Shown here piece by piece: positions 60,601 through 64,000 of a stretch of 64,000 nt of DNA (within the stretch, counting starts at the first letter, position 1; the number at the start of each line of letters is the position of its first letter). Made by a program: the position numbers and the translations under genes. Source of the DNA: Ascidiella aspersa (lineage: Eukaryota); contig OZ004610.1 in the NCBI GenBank assembly GCA_963924565.1, positions 32,426,001-32,490,000 on the forward strand, given 5' to 3'. The notes under the pieces are model-generated. The model did not search any database and was not told where the DNA came from. It worked only from the letters and a program-made list of their open reading frames with translations.

Positions 60601-63415
60601 ATCCCTGTACAGCAAGGTATTTTACTATCGTAAGGCATGCTTTCCGTCAAAATACAAACATTTTGTGTTTTTTACAATATTTTATAAACGCTTAGTTGAG
60701 ATTTTAATAGCAATTAAAAAAAATAAACCAGGTAAAAGTACACTTTTATTACCACCTCATTTTCAGAATAATGTGAATCACATATACGTAAGCCGTAATC
60801 GTTGGTCAAAAAGCAGCTTCAGAAGGGCAAGATCACTGTTGTTGAACACATATGTGTGCGCATGTTTTATTGTAAATCATTTACACTTCTAAAATCCCTA
60901 ACTTGTCCAATGGTCTTACCTTATGCTTATCTTAGATGCGTTGTTCGGCAAAACGTTAACCTGTTGATCCGCAAAGCCAGAATCCCATTCATCTGATGTA
61001 ACGAAAACACGGAAAAAATATGGACTCGAATCGACTGCTTTCGCCAAATCAAAAAACGCTCGAGATTTTCCTTCAATGAATTGCGTTTTACCGATGATGC
61101 AATCATCTGACAAAAACAAACAGCAATTAATTTCAACCTAAGCAGCAAACATGATAACGCTTTTGGATTTTTTTTACTTGGTTGTTATTTCGGACTTGGC
61201 TCCTTCAGGCGGATCCAGGGTTTTCGTTTTAGGGGGGGACAAGAAAAAGTTTTAAAATTACGTCACGAAGTAACCGTCAAATATAACGTCACAAGTTACG
61301 TCAAAACGTATTGTAATAAAGAACATACCTTCAAAAGACATACAGTGGATTTTGTCAAACCTTAAGTTGTAGAGATGTTATTTTCAATAAAAAAATTATA
61401 ATCCTAAAAAAATATATTTGGCAGAAGTTACATTTTGGAAAGAGTCTAGGCGTTTTGCTACATAAGTTAGAGACGTGAAATGTCATTTAAAAGGTTAACA
61501 CTAGGCTACAGATATTTTGAACGTTAGCTGTATGAAATCTGTCTTTAAAGTGATTCGATTGGAAATAACTGGATGGTAAAACTTATAACGATATACCTTG
61601 GCTTATGGTTTACGGTTTGCAAATTTAACGGAAGAATTTTAATGATGTTACACCGAATAGATGTTCATTGTCAATCGAGATTTTGCAGATTAAATTTTCG
61701 GAAAGAATCTTAAAGATATTTATTTACATTTAACCAGATTGACGTCAATGCGGTCGAAATGCTGAGAAAGACAGTGGTCTCTTTTTACCATTTTCCCGCA
61801 AATATCGTTCGTCACTGCTATTTGGAAGTTGTTCCCTTGATGTGGAGCAAAACCAATGGAAAGTGGGGATATTGTCGGTTAAATCAATGTTCGAAATCAC
61901 CTCCAAAGTAATCCTGTTCAAACTCTTTCCGCCTGAACATATTTAAACACGTTTTATGGAAAAAGGACTTGAGACAGTCATTCGTTTCCCCGCTTATTAT
62001 ATTTGATTTGAAATGTAGCATATGATTACACAGAATTATTACTTCCATACAAGTGGAAACTAATATGACGCAGTCCTTTGAGTAAATGGCTTAATTGACG
62101 CAGATTTTTTCATTATCCTGGTTTATAATTTTATTTATGGACCGCTTCTGCATTCCAGTGTTCTAAAATAAGTCATTTTAAAATGAATTAAGTCTCGGTC
62201 ATTTGTGAAATCATTTAATTCCAAGTCAAGTCATTTCAAACAAATAACAAGGCAAGTCCCAGTCCAAGTCATCAGTTGCCCAAGTCAAGTCAAGTCATTA
62301 TTAAAGCAAGTCTCCAAGTCAAATCACTGATATAAAAAAAAAAACATTAATTTGATAAATTGGTCCAATTAGGCAATATTTCAGCTAAAAAATAACAAAA
62401 ACAACTTGTAGCAATTTAATCTCGTTTTACGAGCAATTTTTTTAATAACAGTTATCTTTTTAATATAGAAATTTTTAAGCACTTCCAATTTCCATTGATT
62501 TTTGCCTAAGATTTTAGCGGAATTGGACTGTAATGCAGTGGGTTTATGGATTTTATACTATGTGCCCCTAAACATGTTTGTTTGAAAAATAGTTATAAAT
62601 AAAACTATAAAAATAATATAGTTATTTCAGAGTTAACATATATTTTCAGAGTTAACATATAGTATTTTCACAGTTAACATATAGGATTTACTTGCCTAGT
62701 TCAATTGAGCTACCGCCTTGAATTGATACTTCTAATTTCCTTCTTTCCACAGTTAAAGAAACTGAGCTTTCCCATTGGCCAACGGAATGACCTTGAACCG
62801 TGTCCTTTACCACGAGTTTTGCTACGTAAGATCCACCGACCAATTCGTGCCTTTTTAGTAACAGGACATTTTGACTCGTTGGTGATTCTAAATTCACTTT
62901 TCTGTCCAAAGATGTAGCATTTTGACTTTGAAATACATCCCATTGGTAGTTTAGTCTTTGGTTAGTAGCGCATGGGTACTGTACTTCAACGCATAAAATA
63001 AGAAATGTTGCAAAATTTAAGGGTACTTTGTTTTCTTCTGTAGACCCGTCGCGGATTTTCAAGCCTTCAACGCAGCTTTGGGTTGTTGCGTTTAATTTAT
63101 CTGTTATAATGATTCCTTTTGCTGTAAAACCAAGAACTATATTGGTATGAAACACTATTGTTAATATAATATAGGTAAAACATTCTAGTTCTTAAGTTTA
63201 TTGTCATGAAATCTGTCAGCTTTATTGCGTTGGCGTCACGTACAAATTTAAAGATTATTTACAGTTTTATTTTAGGAAAATTTTTTAACAGCACTAAATG
63301 AAATTAAATTGACCACCAGAACACACTTGTAAGTCTTTTTAGCTGGAAGTACTCCACAAGTATCCTTACCTGACAAAAATAATAAGAACAAGACTGTAAA
63401 AATCAGGCGAAGCAT
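36589..63415 (-). CDS. Polycystin-1 family (PKD1L/PKDREJ-like) receptor-channel, complete, 34 exons, ~1992 aa
   Basis: Phase-consistent exons: 63370-63415, 62696-63121, 61789-61932, 60920-61106, 60214-60428, 59443-59628, 58836-59122, 58007-58126, 57413-57556, 56784-56910, 56610-56686, 55767-56169, 54946-55139, 54233-54361, 53501-53626, 52937-53092, 52234-52361, 51224-51397, 50691-50890, 49369-49786, 48301-48483, 47579-47751, 47124-47290, 46569-46691, 45615-45756, 44844-45003, 44271-44438, 43020-43157, 41515-41700, 40477-40627, 40037-40154, 39178-39236, 37649-37869, 36589-36691 (5979 nt including the stop). Motifs: REJ (PPTGSCAISPSTG..TEFDVTC), GPS (CYAWN..WDTSGC..CQC), PLAT (YYVTIYTG..AGTTASV..LIGTKGKS; WHD.NG.SPEWYL), TRLERISCC, TOP (GWPRLRQKRV; YNAGGY; WVDKYTR) and an S6-like VFVNFYATILENCY. 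Confidence 0.92.
37649..37869 (-). CDS. Polycystin exon 33 (S6)
   Basis: VLGFSMEAF...GGFYLLAFFTIFTKVFVNFYATILENCYRESK...GRKQI AG|gtgaga. Confidence 0.87.
38056..38198. mobile_element. Palindromic (foldback) MITE-like element
   Basis: cgtaagtctt...ttcatgcaagcaaggct / agcctggcttttgcatgag...aagacttacg, an imperfect inverted repeat across its whole length. Confidence 0.6.
38272..38576. mobile_element. hAT-type MITE
   Basis: Ends in GGTTGAGAAACACTG, TSD ATTTAGAT/ATTTAGAA; related to 51437-51752. Confidence 0.7.
39178..39236 (-). CDS. Polycystin exon 32
   Basis: GVILFSDTVDFSTNVRTMQS, cag/gtaagt. Confidence 0.85.
40037..40154 (-). CDS. Polycystin exon 31 (S5)
   Basis: ILEGHTQFVLMHHTLRRTALEVFGHSAYMLFLYCAFCHV. 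Confidence 0.88.
40477..40627 (-). CDS. Polycystin exon 30 (S4)
   Basis: ASYTDHALQAYFQSHPHRTFELFHAAAKFDYITRCLLSGCVFFTMLYTVK. Confidence 0.9.
40701..41233. mobile_element. hAT-like MITE carrying clustered TGACGTCA motifs
   Basis: CAGGTTTTCCAACC ... GGTTGAAAATCTG; an internal segment is shared with 39730-39820. Confidence 0.55.
41515..41700 (-). CDS. Polycystin exon 29 (S2-S3)
   Basis: STADVIVNISLYLILAMVFYNLTE...FFHSVWNIIHVTTLMTSVAAVAMYLT. Confidence 0.9.
41855..41894 (+). ncRNA. Minimal hammerhead ribozyme, family 3
   Basis: TTAA-CTGAAGA-T-GGTAC-aagctc-GTATC-GAAA-CG-TC-TTAA; related copies at 53698-53737 (+), 43264-43303 (+, degenerate) and 3836-3875 (-, helix II broken). Confidence 0.7.
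42267..42927. mobile_element. hAT (Charlie-like) non-autonomous DNA transposon
   Basis: TIR CAGTGGTCGGCAACCT/AGGTTGCCGACCCCTG, perfect TSD TTTTAAGC; a terminal fragment also at ~46860-46895. Confidence 0.88.
43020..43157 (-). CDS. Polycystin exon 28 (TOP)
   Basis: LVMMEAVVYNAVYRNYAVVNIAIEVNNIGRVYKRINLSLMRSHHI. Confidence 0.9.
44271..44438 (-). CDS. Polycystin exon 27 (TOP)
   Basis: AWNYTS...GEYATYNAGGYYFTL...LKHNNWVDKYTR. Confidence 0.93.
44844..45003 (-). CDS. Polycystin exon 26 (TOP)
   Basis: LPCPHASTLKQVNMDFWRECTIAYTNNAQDIGEYQPGW... Confidence 0.9.
45615..45756 (-). CDS. Polycystin exon 25 (TOP)
   Basis: ISSRDDVYTWTMTTLAE...IVFIGWPRLRQKRVVG. Confidence 0.92.
46569..46691 (-). CDS. Polycystin exon 24 (channel S1)
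   Basis: KLSVHIIYLILLLVASFGQRGTRLYHFGHTLDIMFRDGLNQ. Confidence 0.88.
47124..47290 (-). CDS. Polycystin exon 23
   Basis: SIAESTPVYNHPIKEQMRQNRMRKTDQSYLPPTEELIHKGELVRQKERKVKRRIK. Confidence 0.85.
47579..47751 (-). CDS. Polycystin exon 22 (TM5)
   Basis: FVSVISGILEQLFFLETAKAVILAFAAAL...; an in-phase alternative donor would end the exon at 47609. Confidence 0.82.
48301..48483 (-). CDS. Polycystin exon 21 (TM4)
   Basis: ...LLSLLGWCLTSALIVTSIVFCILLGIREGPEMGTEW. Confidence 0.9.
48970..49146 (-). pseudogene. Intronic copy of the first 177 nt of polycystin exon 20
   Basis: Colinear with 49610-49786 (9 substitutions, no indels), lacks the AG acceptor, and is flanked by a 52-bp direct repeat (48918-48969 / 49145-49196). 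Confidence 0.85.
49369..49786 (-). CDS. Polycystin exon 20 (TM3 and acidic loop)
   Basis: GLQSAAICLPIVIFVEAIFRLS...SSDETSS...DAAFFPSA. Confidence 0.88.
50292..50738 (-). repeat. ~198-bp tandem duplication copying the 3' end and donor of polycystin exon 19
   Basis: The AQLA.YSFKWSDVAVG|gt-encoding segment occurs at 50691-50737, 50493-50538 and 50295-50340. Confidence 0.85.
50691..50890 (-). CDS. Polycystin exon 19 (TM2)
   Basis: HLLYSLFGMRPWDVLYLTRLERISCCCAHVFAIMLASLLFH...FKWSDVAV. Confidence 0.92.
51224..51397 (-). CDS. Polycystin exon 18 (PLAT end)
   Basis: WYLQRIVVQEASTGKCFF..CYSWLD...CENYLRD. Confidence 0.92.
51437..51752. mobile_element. hAT-type MITE
   Basis: CAGTGGTTCTTAACC ... GGTTGGGAACCACTA, TSD ATTTGTGG/ATTTATGG. 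Confidence 0.75.
52234..52361 (-). CDS. Polycystin exon 17 (PLAT)
   Basis: KGTGEKYLARGSVITVLIKTPGSLGDLVAIRAWHDCNGESPE. Confidence 0.93.
52937..53092 (-). CDS. Polycystin exon 16 (PLAT)
   Basis: MFFVEPGDNSPFDDHTYYVTIYTGSRRYAGTTASVAMTLIGTKGKSRIHLIQ. Confidence 0.94.
53501..53626 (-). CDS. Polycystin exon 15 (TM1)
   Basis: FLESWLNEVLGNPMYVCVVASALVVYLMLFVWLRSRSQTDMN. Confidence 0.9.
53630..53822 (+). mobile_element. Hammerhead-bearing repeat with an inverted partial copy (Penelope pLTR-like)
   Basis: The core CTGAAGATGATTCAAGCTCGTATCGAAATGTC is flanked by inverted aaaaaggtcgagcagatcg / cgagctactcgaccttttt and tagcttgaaataaattt / aaatttattatcaagcta. Confidence 0.6.
54233..54361 (-). CDS. Polycystin exon 14 (GPS, second half)
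   Basis: MSEDHTCQCRTFRPLQHSSNVGNVNGIVASKVDHYKMVAEENQ. Confidence 0.85.
54946..55139 (-). CDS. Polycystin exon 13 (GPS, first half)
   Basis: ...VYEPRCYAWNDVTNDWDTSGCK. Confidence 0.9.
55767..56169 (-). CDS. Polycystin exon 12 (GAIN region)
   Basis: IITMGGTLMNFNTSTSKVDEVQVISLTTGC...RKRFFPF G|gtaatc. Confidence 0.85.
56610..56686 (-). CDS. Polycystin exon 11
   Basis: GKEFSVNDVVVSNINQLFPADCLNME. Confidence 0.72.
56784..56910 (-). CDS. Polycystin exon 10
   Basis: IRGSLLIAALVRHLTTEVLPGEARILLRNKAIQSFAARTTQI. Confidence 0.8.
57413..57556 (-). CDS. Polycystin exon 9
   Basis: NKVLDKIQYMEGHIVSGKMVKLRNISSLVLESTFLMTQVLKTSDAQTS|gtaagt; phase 0/0. Confidence 0.7.
58007..58126 (-). CDS. Polycystin exon 8
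   Basis: EEIITSLDQLQPTTLETSLQFLNIYQSVTKHGGNWTDVML. Confidence 0.8.
58515..58696. mobile_element. Foldback MITE with CCCTAACC-rich arms
   Basis: cgctggtcctaccaatcctaccac..cagcgcacttatttgggttaggg / ccctaacccaaataatgtgcgctgtggtaggattctagaccagcg; fragments at ~32645-32700 and ~55403-55460. Confidence 0.65.
58836..59122 (-). CDS. Polycystin exon 7
   Basis: TNDHHNPEYLLQFG..LTLPIGDVTIRVEICDDVASC...QDWEV. Confidence 0.9.
59443..59628 (-). CDS. Polycystin exon 6 (REJ)
   Basis: ISKGESIVAFYDVAFHEPPTGSCAISPSTGSAYVTEFDVTC..LTYKFY. Confidence 0.9.
60214..60428 (-). CDS. Polycystin exon 5 (REJ)
   Basis: RCWQNCGSRKPHGRPLVLQVECEACENVEWFWSF...EVTIEAK. Confidence 0.87.
60920..61106 (-). CDS. Polycystin exon 4 (REJ)
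   Basis: DDCIIGKTQF...FFRVFVTSDEWDSGFADQQVNVLPNNASKISI. Confidence 0.85.
61789..61932 (-). CDS. Polycystin exon 3 (REJ)
   Basis: GKSLNRITLEVISNIDLTDNIPTFHWFCSTSREQLPNSSDERYLREN. Confidence 0.8.
62696..63121 (-). CDS. Polycystin exon 2 (REJ start), GC donor
   Basis: AKGIIITDKLNATTQSC...YQWDVF...LEVSIQGGSSIEL G|gcaagt. Confidence 0.85.
63370..63415 (-). CDS. Polycystin exon 1, signal peptide
   Basis: ATG MLRLIFTVLFLLFLS G|gtaagg; phase 1 matches cag|CA of exon 2. Confidence 0.8.
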
Positions 63416-63436
63416 CTTTCAAAAATAGATTTTATT
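63416..63436 (-). promoter_or_regulatory. Poly(A) signal directly followed by a splice-acceptor-like site before the polycystin ATG (candidate trans-splice site)
   Basis: The minus strand reads AATAAAatctatttttgaaAG|ATG. Confidence 0.55.
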
Positions 63437-63842
63437 ACAAGTTGCAAAGAAACAGTTTAACATAAGGTAGATAACTATAAGCAAGTTCGTATTGTGACGC
63501 CACAAAAAGGCTTTGTGACGAAATACAATAGTCGTCAGTTTTGCACAAAGCAATAATTTGCGGCAATAGTTTTTTTCACTGGGGAAAAAAAACATATATA
63601 TTGCCAATTTAATCAAATTGCAAATTACGAAACTAACATATTCAGGGTGCAGCCAAGTGGGCATAATATATAGAGTGATTTTATGGTAAAAACTAGTAAT
63701 CAGAAAGTTTGTACAAAACAAAACACTTTTTTGCCATTTCTGAAGCTGGTAAAAACATTAATAATAATTGTGTATATATGTTTGCAATCGTATACGTTCA
63801 TTTTACCTTTTTGAGTTTCTATGCGACTTTTTTAAAATGGAT

Positions 63843-64000
63843 TTACAAAATAGATTTCAAAATTGGCGGCAAACAAATAATGATATAATGCAGCAGAGAA
63901 AGACAAGGGATGCGCTGAACGCCGTTCGTAGTTGACTGTGTGGTTGTTGTTAAACTGGCTGTATTGGAATTTGATGTAGTAGAAATTGCTGTAGTTGTAC
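63843..64000 (-). CDS. 3' end of an upstream gene: Thr/Ser-rich stalk and hydrophobic C-terminal tail (probable GPI-anchored protein)
   Basis: The open frame enters from the window edge: TTTAISTTSNSNTASLTTTTQSTTNGVQRIPCLSLLHYIIICLPPILKSIL*. There is no donor site and it ends in TAA at 63843-63845. Confidence 0.65.
   Translation of the reverse strand, partial: TTTAISTTSNSNTASLTTTTQSTTNGVQRIPCLSLLHYIIICLPPILKSIL

Overview
AT-rich, intron-rich animal genomic DNA. It is probably a tunicate (ascidian); this is inferred from an operon-like gene junction and is not proven. Three protein-coding genes lie head-to-tail on the minus strand. (1) The last exon of a Thr-rich, probably GPI-anchored protein (63843 to the window end). 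(2) A complete 34-exon polycystin-1-family gene, built by hand (63415->36589, ~1992 aa: signal peptide, REJ, degenerate GPS, TM1, PLAT, TOP and channel domain), with one GC-AG intron. (3) The first 15 exons of a Slo2/KCNT Na+-activated K+ channel (32365->373, running off the left edge), with a 17.3 kb first intron. All exon junctions were checked for splice dinucleotides and phase. The introns hold many hAT-type MITEs with 8-bp TSDs, a 5'-truncated LINE next to a tRNA-derived SINE, and local duplications anchored on splice sites. Main highlights: (a) three families of short interspersed repeats carrying minimal Penelope-type hammerhead ribozyme cores, one with 14-bp TSDs and an intact core on the KCNT sense strand; (b) AATAAA 15 nt before an AG|ATG, suggesting an SL-trans-spliced operon; (c) duplicated exon fragments whose substitutions look coding-constrained. 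Most ORF-track entries are spurious or are exon fragments running into introns.
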